From Trichoplax adhaerens (Eukaryota > Animalia > Placozoa), in NCBI RefSeq assembly GCF_000150275.1, contig NW_002060943.1:2262987-2326986 (forward strand): a stretch of DNA of 64,000 bases. Direction: 5' to 3'. Within the stretch, counting starts at the first letter, position 1. Each line of letters opens with the position of its first letter. Made by a program: the position numbers and the translations under genes. The notes beneath the pieces were generated by a model that saw only the letters and a program-made list of their open reading frames with translations, searched no databases and had not been told where the DNA came from. This document shows, piece after piece, positions 40,101 to 53,200 of this stretch.

Positions 40101-41850
40101 GTAGTGAAAATACCGTAGTATAATGAATGTATGATAGATACGTATCATTCTCCACGACTTGTCAAGGTAGCGTATTTACGATGACGTTGTAGGTCCTATC
40201 GTTATGTACACGTCTACTGAAACGATTGCGCTTCATGAATTGTCCTTGTGACTAAAAGAATTGCAAGGTCAAGTAAAGAAAATCCTGTGCGATGATTAGG
40301 TTTTCATTGTGCTCTGTGTCATTAATGAATTCATCTCGACTCGTTTGAAGGCATTGATCGCATCGCCGACTACTACAACACGTCTACAAGAGTTGGGTCC
40401 TATTTGTCCAAGTTTATATTTTAAAAATAAACCTCTTTCAAGCTTACAGTATACTTGCTGATTAGGGAAAAAATGGAATTAGAAGTTTACTTTACCTCGG
40501 AATTTGTCGGTTTCTCTATCACGGACCAAACGTACACTAACCACCTAAAAAAAAAAAATGTCAACAATTGGAGAAGTTATTACCAGTATTTAGCTCATGC
40601 ATTCAAGGTCCATTCTATCCGTAGCTAGAGAAAGAAATTAATTTAAGATAACATTTTCTTTCTGGGCGATTTATCGTTGCTCTTATGGATTCATTTGCCA
40701 GCAATATTGAAGGCGTGCTATCTACCGATTGGCCATGAATTCATGAATTCAAGAGAGATTGATTCATTTCAGGACAAGCCTGAATCATCTTGTCTCTGCC
40801 ATGAATTACGGTACATTCTTCACGTCTACACTGACAGTATGAAAACCCATCATGATGGATAGATATTGTTGTAACTTGATGTACGGTAATGTACGATCGT
40901 ATTTTACAAAGCATAAGCTGGCTATAGCCAGTCTAGAGGACAAATTGTTGCCTAAGGAAAAGGATGCAAAGGGTAAGGAAAATGTTGGAAGACATGGCAA
41001 CCAGCGTCGGCTGCAGTAAGTGAGAATCGCACGTGTACTGTACGACCATGTCGACTATAGCATGGACAGTCACTATCGATGTACCCAAACATGGGTCCAT
41101 GTACGATACGGTACATGAGTGTTGACGGGTATTTTCAATGCTGGTATGGATGACCAATGCATTGCAAGGGGTATCATGGAGGCAAGTTAAACGAGTTACT
41201 ATAACGTACAAGGTAGCGTATACGCTAGTCCATAGTGGAAATTCAAAGAAGAGAAAATGAAATCCATGGTGGCAAAGAAAATTTTCATTGACGATGTCCA
41301 AGACTATCTGTCGTTCAATATTGATAGCAACACCTTGTAAGTGTTAATACATTATCCAACTGCGACAGTCTACTGAGAATTGGGCTGGTTACGAGAGGAA
41401 GAAGATAGACTAGAGTAGTATACTATGTCCTGCCCTGTTGATCTTTTGCTCCATTGACGAAAGAAGACATTGGAGACAGTAATGGTTTGGAATGGGGAAG
41501 GGATGACCATAAATTGCCTGTGCAAGATACTTACATCTAAGTGCTTGAAAATTTGCTCTAGGTCTCTTTGAACACAATTAAAGGGCAAATTACCAACATA
41601 AGCTGTATAAGGAGGCTCTTCAGGAAAAGGTTTCCGAACCCTGCTACCTCCGCCATAGCGTTGACCGCTACCACCTCTATCCGCGTCAGGTGTCCAATCC
41701 ACATTATGAAAATGGAAAAGAAAGAGTCCGAATTTGAGTTCAACATCCATTCTAGCGCTACTCTACTTTAATCAAGAGTTTAATCTAGCGTTTATTACTC
41801 TCTATCACAAATTAAGGGATGGATTTTCCTTGTCTCTTACCTTCCGCCAT
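37179..41850 (-). CDS. EIF4H: Eukaryotic translation initiation factor 4H; multi-exon
   Basis: [26 protein letters not shown]|[17 protein letters not shown]|FCYVEF (RRM), [27 protein letters not shown]. The first exon ATGGCGGAAG|gtaag at 41841-41850 is inferred and the exon-2 acceptor is uncertain. Confidence 0.93.
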
Positions 41851-42989
41851 AATTTCTGTCTCTATCCATGATGCCAGTGATTGTCAAGGAAAGAATCTTA
41901 GACCAACTAGCCGAATTGGCTTTGAAAATTGCATACAGTGGCACTGCTGATGTTTACTTCAATCCATGCCATGGCTCGACCCTACAAAACGCTTTACAAC
42001 GGGCTATGGTACGGTACCGTAGGCCATGGCAGCACGTCCAAGAGCACCCTACGGGCCCAGTGGTTGTGAACAATACTGTACTGACGACAGCAGTAGCAGT
42101 GAAGCGCGTTGTACCACGACCGTGACAGGCTGAATCGCTGGGGGGCCTACGGCATGTTATCCAGTACGATGCCTGCCACCTACAGTACTGTACACTGTAG
42201 AGTACCATACTTTACACTGCGCGGCAGGGTACAGCTTTTTCTTGACCCTTTTACCCGGTGTTTTCAAACACTGGGTAAAATTGGTTTGGCCTGGTTTTAC
42301 TGACTTGGGTTACAACCCTTTGTTACAGCCTGTTGAAGTTGTATTTTTGTACTGGGCTTATTGGACCCGGGGTTACAACACTGTTTTGACGGCATGAAAA
42401 AAAGTCAACCCGAAACCTGGGGGGGGGGGATTCGCCTTCAGAATTGGTATCGTGGATACAGTGTTTGTATAGCGATTGCAGTCATTTCGGGTTCGAAAAT
42501 CAACCATAACATGTCGTTTTATTGGGTTCGGGTTGCGTTTTCACTTTATTCAATGACGCACTCTAGCCAGAGCTGCATGAACATTTACTATGTTGAATAT
42601 TGACTGAATAGTGTACACTGTACTAGAAATTAGGAATTCCGGTCCATTTTATGCCCTAGTACTGTACTTAGTACTGTACTTGACTGCTTACAGTGTACAG
42701 TAGTGTGTAGCGTGAAGAAATTCAACTCCAATTTTTCAAAATGAAATAAAAATGCCAAAACTTCATGAATTTTATTCCAATTTTGGATGAATCGGCGGTA
42801 CACTGTAGCCTCCGGCATTTTGGAATTCTCTTTTAGTACCTAGAATACTGTAGGTGCTAAAATAGAATTACAAAATGTTGCCGTGGACGGTACACATCGA
42901 AGTACTCTACTGTACCGTAGTCCGACCAAGACCAAGCACTGTACTCTGCACTACTGTAATCCAGTCCAGGCCAGAACACTACTCAGTCA

Positions 42990-43326
42990 TGGACTGGAAA
43001 CGTTCCTCGGATGGACGGACTTTCCATACCAGATAACGCCGAAAATGTTGGAAAAATAGTTACGCGGTCAATCTTCCGTGTCTGTTTTCGAAATCACTCG
43101 TACTCATTTGAATAATATTTATGATCGAAATTCACTGCTTCTCAGCAGAGCTTAGTAACAGGTAATGGAATACAATGCGCATTACTTAATTTAGAAAAAA
43201 ATCAGTCCATTCAGAATCGACTATTTGCATACTAAAGTACTGTCATAATGAAGTGTTTGACACAATTTAAAGTATTGATCAAATAAGGCCAAATGTCTGT
43301 CCGTCCAAAGAGGAGTTTCCAGTCCA
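42990..43326. repeat. Long-range imperfect inverted repeat (~30 bp arms, ~280 bp spacer); possible degraded MITE or structured RNA
   Basis: TGGACTGGAAAC 42990-43001 pairs with GTTTCCAGTCCA 43315-43326; TCCTC with GAGGA; TGGACGGAC 43012-43020 with GTCCGTCCA 43299-43307. Confidence 0.6.
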
Positions 43327-44207
43327 GGTATTTTCCCTAGCAGCCATGACTCAGGTACTACTTGGCGTAGCAGGTAGTCACTGATGGTTTGTAAATATAA
43401 ATTGGAAAGAAACAAAATAACTCAATAATGCTGTAAAAATTAAAAAAAAACATCCTCTACCAATATTGCTCAAGGTTAGAGTGATCTGGATTCGTGAAAT
43501 TTTAGCCGAATTTGATAGTAAATGCCTTAAAATGAATGACCTAATTAAGGCCTACACTATGGCTGAATAGTAAATAGTTTTCAACCAGTACTGTATAATT
43601 TGTACATTGTACAATATACAGTATAACGCCCGCCATGACCATCAAATAGTGGTCCAAACATTGATCCAACATTCTCATCTCCCAGTCACTACTCATTATG
43701 CGTAGCTCAACTTCAAATTTTAAAACAGAATTTTATTTTAATCATAAAGATTGAACCAGTTCCTATATGGATACTGTTTCTTCGCCAGAAATGAAATCAT
43801 CGTCGTTACTAATTGATAGTCATCAGAATCGATCAAAGATATCTATATTATTATCATCTCAGAAATAGAGATATGAAGCACTACGACCAGCATAGACTAC
43901 TTACTGTTATATTATTAATTAATTGATTAATTATTAAAAAGTGAATGCATGACTATTTTCATTTGGATACATCATCGTATGATTTAATTTTTTACTTCAA
44001 GAAACATGGTTCTTAAAACGTACTCTTTCTCCTATAATATATCTAGTTGAGACATACCGTTTAACATAGTGGTCAGTTGTGTAAACATTTGCTATATAAT
44101 TTAATCAAATAGAGAGAATCACATTTCGCTAAAATTGAATTTATGTAATGGTATACAAATATACATCCATAGTATCTACAATTGAAAACCTGATTAACAA
44201 TTGTATA

Positions 44208-47200
44208 CTACACATCTGTACTGTTTGATTGCAATATATAGTCTTCCTTCCCCAAGCGATTATTCGACTTTGCTTGATATTCATTGGATATCGGTGATTC
44301 TCGCTTGCTAGTGGTAGTATTTTCTGCTAATCAAACGTAAAAGAACTGAAAGTTACTTATGATGAACACCAAAATCCAACAAATCTATGAACTATGAAAG
44401 CCTTTCTAAAAACCACGTTTACAGTGAAACAACAAGAACTCTGAGGTACCGGGTATGCGATAAAGTTTTATAGCTAAATTTGCAACTTAATATAAACTAG
44501 TATAGCCACTACTGAAAATGCTATAAAATCATAAAATTGACAACTAATTCCGCCAATAAATTAAGTTCTCTGTCAACCTATAGAGCTGTCGGGTATATTT
44601 GCTCGCGTAGGCAGCGGCGAGTGCGGACTCTTGAGATCTTTTTCCTTGGCATTTTTCTTACCAAATAGCTTTAATGATAATTTTTTCTTGGAAGGTTTAT
44701 CCTGCGTGGTATAAATAGTAAAGTTTTTATTACACTTGGGTCAGGTTACAAGACAACATTTAGATATCCTTTGCAAAAATAAAATCGCGCTATGCAGAAA
44801 AACATTAGTAAGTGACAGGAAGTTTGGATAAAACACCTGCATGTTAGAATTACAAAATTTATTACGGCAATGAAACGAACAAAGTATTAATGTATGAATC
44901 TTACCTGTACTCCAAGTAGTAGTCTGTACTTATCTTGGTCCGATGTTTTACTATCCATATTTCAGAAACGATTTAATCAAGAGCTTAGCGAATATAACTA
45001 TTACCTTTCATTGCTGTAACAAAAATTATAAACTATTCATCTTACGAGGCGTCGATATCTTTTGGGTTAGATTCTCCATCACTTGTATGACGAAATCGTA
45101 ATTTTTCTTTAATCGCCTAATACGCGTATACGCATGAAAGCGGTACAATGTAAGCTTACGATAAATATTTTAAATTAAGAAGCTATGATTTGTAGACAAG
45201 GAAAGTTGGTAGTCATAAAATTGTTTGGACATCTGTCCCTTATTATCGCATGTGCTAATAATAGTCCTGATAATGCAATACTATCCAGCTCAATATACAG
45301 TTACATCAATTAGGATTACCTGAGACAAGAGTGCCTGGCGGCAATCTTTTTTCATTGCTAAAAGTAGGTCAATCCATTGCCAGGTAACATTATGATATTC
45401 TAGTGTGGGCAGCGCTAGATTGAAGTCATTCACGTCAGCTAGATTTTTGTCTTTCTGACCCTAGAATCAAACAAATACACATATTCATGGCATATACTTG
45501 ACCGTAGGTATACAATAACTACTGAAAGAGCATAAACTTAAATACTCAAAGTTTGGTTCTATACTAACCTTGTAACTAACAAGCAAGGGAACCTGCGGTA
45601 TTTTAATGTAAATGAAGGTTTGATTTTTTGAGGCTCTCTCCTACGATTACATAATCATTCATCAGTTATATTATAATTATAATAAGAACTTAGCAATTTT
45701 ATGAGGCAATATCACACAAACTTAGTTTAAATTTTTAACTAGGTTTATAGTATAAGATTACTTTCATTTTGTTGAGAACATCTTCATCATCTAACATCCG
45801 CCTCAAGAGTTTCTTGCTCTATGGTTTTTATATAAAAGTAAAGATAGTTTACTTCCATATCAGTATAAATCTAATGCACTTCTAGTAGACAAACAATTAG
45901 CAACAAGATCCTAATGGTCAATCATATATCAATACTTTAACAATAACAAATGGTGCGCATTTACCCTTTCGGCTTTTTGATCTTGATTAGACTCGCTATT
46001 ATGTGTAAAGGAAATTCTCCTATGACTACCTTCAGATACAGATGCACGGGATCGAACACTGTCAATGCTGTCGCATCTCTTAATCGACGAAGTGTCTTGA
46101 CTTCTTGAATAGCGCTGTTCAGTAAAATGATGTAGTTGAGGTAAGTACTTTTCAAGAACTTACGTAATAGTAGCGTAGGAAGTAGTGGTCTGCTTTACCG
46201 AAGCATGACAGTTTCTGAATTCAAATAACTTACAAATTCTTTATGGCTTGCAGCTGGCGAAGAAGGAAAATTAAAGTGACTACTTCCACCGCTTTCACTA
46301 ATAATACTCATTGTCTAATGTGACAGGAACAGTTATTATCTCAATATTTACGTCAATTAATATACTATAAGACAGCCTAAATCTAAAGAGTGATTAGAAT
46401 TATAGTGTTCTAGCTGTATCATGCGATATTAATAACATATCTCTATCTAATCCTTACTAGCTAAAACTTCTACTTATATTAAACAAATCACATGAACTTC
46501 TAATCGAATATTGCTTAGCAATTTCTAAAATCTATACTTTTGTTAATTACTAAAGTTTATTCGTATTTTTATTACGTACGTCATCATCAGAGTCACTATC
46601 AGATCCTAATCAACAAAGTGATGATAAAAGTTAGCGCAATAAAAACTTATCACAGATACAGGTGAAATCAAATATTTATTACCAGGATATTAATATGCAA
46701 TAATTTTACCTAGTCTACTAGCGGTTTCATCATCATGTGATGCATCTGAATTTTCGAAACGATGCGGAAAAAAGAACTTCATAAAATTTTTATATAAATG
46801 GTTGGTTAATCGTACAGCCAGGGGTACAACGTTAACTTCAAAATGTTCTTTAACAGAGATTCCACCAACTTCATAGTACAAACATGATTATGAAAGACAA
46901 TTTTAAGCAGCTTAGTAAGTACGATAATGTACTTTCTTAATTGAGTTGATTAAGTCTTAGTTAGTAGGTTTAACGTTACCACGTGGCATTTCACGGCAGA
47001 ATATCCGAACAGCAACATCGCGATCGATTTGAACTTTAGTTTTCAGTTTTTGGGGGCAGAGGGCATCCTGAATGCGTTAGAGATAATAAAAAATATCACT
47101 TTGGCATGGTAATTAAATTTAGAGTTTGCTACTTTTACTGATTTTGTTTATTAGAGCCACAGCAGTCTTAGAGTACAGTAATATCCTAACCTTAAAAGAA

Positions 47201-50200
47201 TTGTTTGGAACTTGTAATAAATTATGAACAGCGAAATCGCCAATCTCAAGTTTATGTTCAACACAATCATTGGACATATTCCTCTTTGTATAACTATATA
47301 TAAATCGATATACATATTTTAGTTCGAAATTTAATAAATTAAATAAACTAGATTTTTTGTTCAGTTTCTTCGTAAATGGTACGTAGGGGTATTTTATCAT
47401 TACTATACCAAAAATTTTTGAGTTCGGCACTAGCCACGTTATGATTTCCATTAATTTGGACGAGTGACCATCCAGCAGATCCAAATAAAACTTCAACCCG
47501 CTTGACTTCAGAAACATTAGCTAAATGACAAATTTGATAACAACTACTTACTAATGAGTATCATGCCAGTTTTATAGAACTGTCACAAATTGTATCTCTA
47601 AACTAAGTAGTTAATAATTCATATCCAATTACTATGAGAGAGGCTGCTGATACCAGAATACAACTTGCTTTCTTTTAAAGATCTACATTTAAATGAGAGG
47701 CAGTTATAGAAGTCCATGTAACGATACATAGACAAGTCAATCTGATGCTTTCTGATATTGTTTGAGTTCTTGTCAAAGATTACAATATCTAACATCCTTA
47801 CGTAATCATGAGTCGTAGTTCATCACATGCCATGTCAACATTTTCCTTAACTTCTATGATTTCATCTTCTAATTCTTTAATTTGATCAGTTAATCTGATT
47901 ATTTGGAAAAAAAATATCAGGACTCTACTTTTTACATTGACTATACATGTAATACACGTAAACTGTTCGACCAAAATTTAAGATTTTCCCGTTACTAGTA
48001 ATTTCTCCGTTACCTTGATGCCTTCTCTTCTTCATGTAGTATTAATTGCTGCCGCGCTAAAAACATAGCTCGTTCTAACTTTCTCATCGTTCGTAATTGA
48101 TATCTAGTACAATTTCAGTAGGTCAGTTAATTTATTAGTAATTTCATTAAGCTAAGTGTAGCGAATGATACTACATACTCGAACACAAAACCAAAGGCTA
48201 TGTAACATACCGGACCGTATTCTGTAATTGCAGTAGAGGAGTGCCAATGTCTTCGTCTTCATTAAGTTGAAGTTTAAACTTCATCTTTTCTATCAATTCC
48301 GACTCTTCCTGATAGTGCAAGATTTTTAATAATTTACTCAGATCATTTCATTAACATAGTTTCGTTAAAATTTTGTAAATGGAATATGTTAAGTAATTAA
48401 TAGCGTCACTTTGCTGTTATCAGCATACGTGTATATATAATTATAATACGTCATTTACATAAGTGCTTATTTTTATGTTGCTTAGCCTATACAAATTACC
48501 TTCTTTTTCGGTTCAACATATAAAACGAAATTCTCCACAATATCAATTAACATTGCATATTGAGCCTATCAAAGGTACAATTCAGAGAACTGACGAAGTA
48601 ATCCATCTGACATACTAACAATTATAATCAGCCCATAAAGAACGAAAAATTTGAGAAATACTTTACCGAATTAGTCGATATCTCTAATGATGTATGGTAA
48701 ATTTTGATGGAATCAACTGCAGGCTCTAATTCTGATTGGTTGGATATGGTATACGTTGGCTATAAAAAATTAAAGCTTTAGACATTTCATTGAATCAAAT
48801 CGAATAATTTTACTATGAGAATATTTTTGTCGGACTTTGAATTCAATTAACTCGAAATAAAGTGCAGAAGATAAGCAATTTACCGATTCCATTAGTACAT
48901 TGCTAGCTTCATCCATATAACTGATATAAGAAAATTGAGCGCTACAACGTGAAATAATTCGTTGTAATTGCACAATTTCTGGGACTGCAATCTTCGTTTG
49001 ATCCTGATCTTCATCCTCTTCAGTTACCGCATCCAGATTATCTCCGTCACTGATTGTTATTTCCAGATCGTCTTCATCATTATCCAGTAAGCTTGTAGAT
49101 CTCAAGAAACTGCATTAACAAATAAAATTTTCTAATAGTCTGCAAGAAGCGTGGAGGCCTATATATTGAATAATCGTTCTAATCAATATTGACTAATGTA
49201 CCTTATTGACTTTCTAGGGGCTCCACGCCGTTTCTCAACATCGTGAACTACGTGACCGACACCCTCTGATACAATAGAATCCATGCTGTCAGTACCTCTG
49301 GATTGAATCAATGACGGCTTTAACCAAGGTATGTCGTCAGTTTTATAGTAACTGCCTCCAACCGTACCAAAATACTATTGAATTATATTACAAAACATAG
49401 TTACTGATAGTTGCATCTCTTTGGTGTAACTAGTTATTGAACATATCATAGCATACCTGTATATTATCAAATAAGGCCGACCATGACGTTTTTAAAAGTA
49501 ATTTATGTGACCGCCACCGCGGTGTATGAATAAGGCGATATAAGCGGGTATTTGCAGCCGAAGTAACAAGGCAACCGTTTGTTTCGGTTCCCTTTAAAAT
49601 GACTTGAGAATTGACGGCTTCAACTAGCGATGAAATCAAAGGTCTTATTCGCTACATGAATTCAGCTGGCGTATAGTAGGTCTTAAGGCATTTTATCATG
49701 CTACAATGAAGCTATATACATAATATTGGACCAAACGTAAATATCTAGAAATATTTTTGCTTACTAAGTATATGTCGTTGATGAACGTCTTCCTCATCTG
49801 GTAAAATATTCTTCGTCGTTTGAGCAGTATTATCACTTTTCTAAAATTACGCAGAGCACCCATTTATAATATATATTTATAAGATGATAATTAATATAAA
49901 ATCAATTTGTGACGTAATATTAAGCTGTATCTAGAATTAGAGTTCAGAACCTCATCTTCGCATGTTACTACAAAATTGGATTGATCAGACAATAAATCTT
50001 GAAGCATATTGCCGAACGGCTTGGATTCATTTGCAGAAAATGACCTTTGCGATTCAGGCTCCGGTACATTCTATCGATATACGATAATTGACACAGTCAC
50101 ATCAAGATCATGTTACAATTAGCAGTAACTAACTTCGGATCTTACTCTAAACTCACCTCAGTGATGACAACAGGTTTGGCAGTACTATGCTTTATTTGTT

Positions 50201-53200
50201 TTATAAAGTCACTAGACAAATCGTGTTTGAGCGTCTGTGTGATAAATATAATTTAGGAATTTCATTATTCTCGTATTTTAGTTTGAGGCAATAATATTCA
50301 ATGTTAATATCGCGGAAATATTTTCTTAAATCTATAGAAATATCATCGGCATTCGATAAAGTTTATGGTAAAATAAGCTCGAGTACGTCTTGTAATTATC
50401 ATACTTGCGATTTTTTGTTTGCCCAAAATATACTAAGAGCTGTATCCCGATTGAATGTTGTCCATGAAGCTTTAAGATCATTTATCTTAATTGTATGCGT
50501 ATATGGATTTGTATCGTCTTTGCTCGGGGGTATTGCTTTGTTATTGTAGCGATATGTTAAGCTGAAGTAAAAATTGAAAATTTAAATTTATATTTATCGT
50601 CGTTTACATTTAAAGTGAATTGAGTTCAAGAAGCGAAATAATAAAAGGATGCTACCTTTTAAGACTTAATAAATGTTCCTCCTTATCAAAATCCACAAAG
50701 TCTGGCGACAAATATTCCTATTTATACAGGTTTTACATCCAAAAAATTCATGATTTTGTTAGTATTCCGATATACATGATCATATGCATATTGTAATGGG
50801 AAGATTTAATTCTACATTGCTTACGGTATCGCTGTTAAGATTTGCGCATAACATTATCGTAACGTCGTTGATATCATATCCAGATTCTGACGTGGTCCAA
50901 ATACTATTTGGACGTCGAATTAAGCCATCTTGGTATGGTATCAAAGCATGTTGAAACATAATTGATAGGTGACCCCTTGCTGAAGTTGCACGAAAACCCA
51001 CTTTTCTTGCAAATGATCCGCTGTAAGTTAGCATTAATTTCGGGAAACTAACATCTAAATCTAACACGCTGTAAATAGATAGGACATAAGAATGTCATTT
51101 ATTCATTATCCGATATTATAGCATCATTATTTATTAACTAGGAATTATATGAGACTAAATGTATTCATTTAACGGTTGGTATCAAGCGAAAACAAGTATA
51201 TACTTCTTCTTGGTCTGTAGCTATTGTTAAAGGTACAAAAATTAGGTTGTTAACATTAATCTTACTCGATGTGCTGAACAAAACCCGGTTTGCGAACTCT
51301 AACGTTATTATATAGTTTTCCGCGCCTGACAGGACGTGTTATATGATGTAATACGACCAACTACAAGCGGTAATAAAGTAGAATCTTTGGTCAATTATAT
51401 TTGAAAGCTGGATCATTTGGATATATATCTAAATACAACATTTTCTGTATTACCTTAAAATGTTCTAACCATCTCAGGCTACTAGCGTACAGGTAACATT
51501 CAGGTATGGAGCTCATGGCTTTACCAACCTTAAAAGCATATTAATTATTTTAATTTAGTTTCCTTTACCTTGATATTTATACGTACATATTAAATTACTA
51601 AATACTACCGTATCATTAGCTGCTTTTTCCATAAACTTTAAGGCTAATTTGATTTTTAGAGCGCGAGATCTGAAGGCTGCATACGAATCATAAGCCTATA
51701 TGTTCATCAGCACGAATATAAAAAGAGAATCGTATTAGCTTAATGCAATATACAATATGTTCTCAAATGTCTCGTAAAGCTTTGTAACCTTATCAGATTG
51801 ATGAGCAGGAATTTTATCAGGTGCGCAAGGCAATACGGAATGATGATCTTTACAATCGCCATGACAATTCCATATAAGATCGATTCTATTAATAAGATAG
51901 CATTTTTTATGTATAGAATCAACAGTATTCGGCACTAATAATTTTTATGAATTTAAGATAACATGCAGCCAAATCGTTCTAGTACTTTTATCAATAATAA
52001 TATGTCAGTGAGCTTAATAATAATCATGAAATGCGTACCCAGCTTCCATGTGTGGTACGTTAAGTAAGCAGCAATCATCATATTTAGAAGCAGTCCGAAG
52101 TAACAATCTCAATTTACCCATTAAATTGATGTGACCTGAAATGAAATAGCTCTGTTAGATTTGTGTACCACTAACCTTACAAATAACAGAAGATGTACAG
52201 TACGAGTTATCAGTTCTATATAATTAAGAATGACAAATTATAAAATTACCATTAAACCAATCTAGATCCGCATTCTTTCCTCTTATTTCCATTCTTTCGC
52301 TCTTATCATAGGGATCAAATGATGCATGCCAGAAATAATGTAGCGCACTAGCGAAAATAGATACTCGGCCATGAAATAGTAAACGCATCTGGTTTGATAT
52401 AACAAGGTTAATATGTTATCCAATATCGACATATTGTAATTTTATTAAAATCTTAAATTTTAGTCTTACTTTGTCCCACCAGGTTAAGCGTGGACTAGGG
52501 TCACGGCTGGTCTTAGATAGCAAATCTAAATAGAAGATCAAAGGTTATGTGGTTAATCGAGCATTATGTAAATCTCTTCCAGGAGAGAAACACGCATTCA
52601 TAAAAGGTAAAATTCTTTTCAGATATCATACGGTACCAAGAGCTAAGCCAACTTGCGCCAATGCAGGGCTAAAACATGGCCCATAAGCAATTTCTAAGTG
52701 TTCAACATCTACAATTTGCAATTAGGCAAAATAGAATGACTGTAGAAATAGAAACATTATATTAATATGAATGTTATAATATTTACCAATCTTTAAGTTA
52801 TAGTAGTATTTCTGTGGGGGCATCCGGCGTGTTATTTCCATATCATTCCATGGTTGGCCAATATGTATGGTACTAGTATAAGTGGCTACAAACCATATAT
52901 ATCTATTTTTAATAATAATTTCTCGCAGCACGGCATATATGACATTACGACTGAGTTGACGATACCATACTATGACCACAATTCGACCACTTCACATCTA
53001 GTACTATATTTACATGTAGCTAACCTCGATCAGGCGGTATTACTTCTGCGCCAGCTAGCATCCCGTCAACTTTGAAACCTTTAATATTTATTATTGACTG
53101 AGGATAATCTCGAACCGGCATATTTAATATTTTAGATTCAATATGTATTAGGCGACACCATAATGTGGAGTAATCAGGATCGGAATCTGGATACGGGCTA

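Noticed and set aside
38740-41533. Intronic snoRNAs in the long EIF4H introns
   Set aside because: Translation-factor introns often host snoRNAs, but no correctly spaced C/D box pair was found on the - strand; H/ACA RNAs cannot be excluded by eye.
45005-45013. Possible 9-nt micro-exon in BLTP2 (cag|CAATGAAAG|gtaa)
   Set aside because: It would need an adjacent intron of only ~32 nt, and the neighbours join in frame without it.
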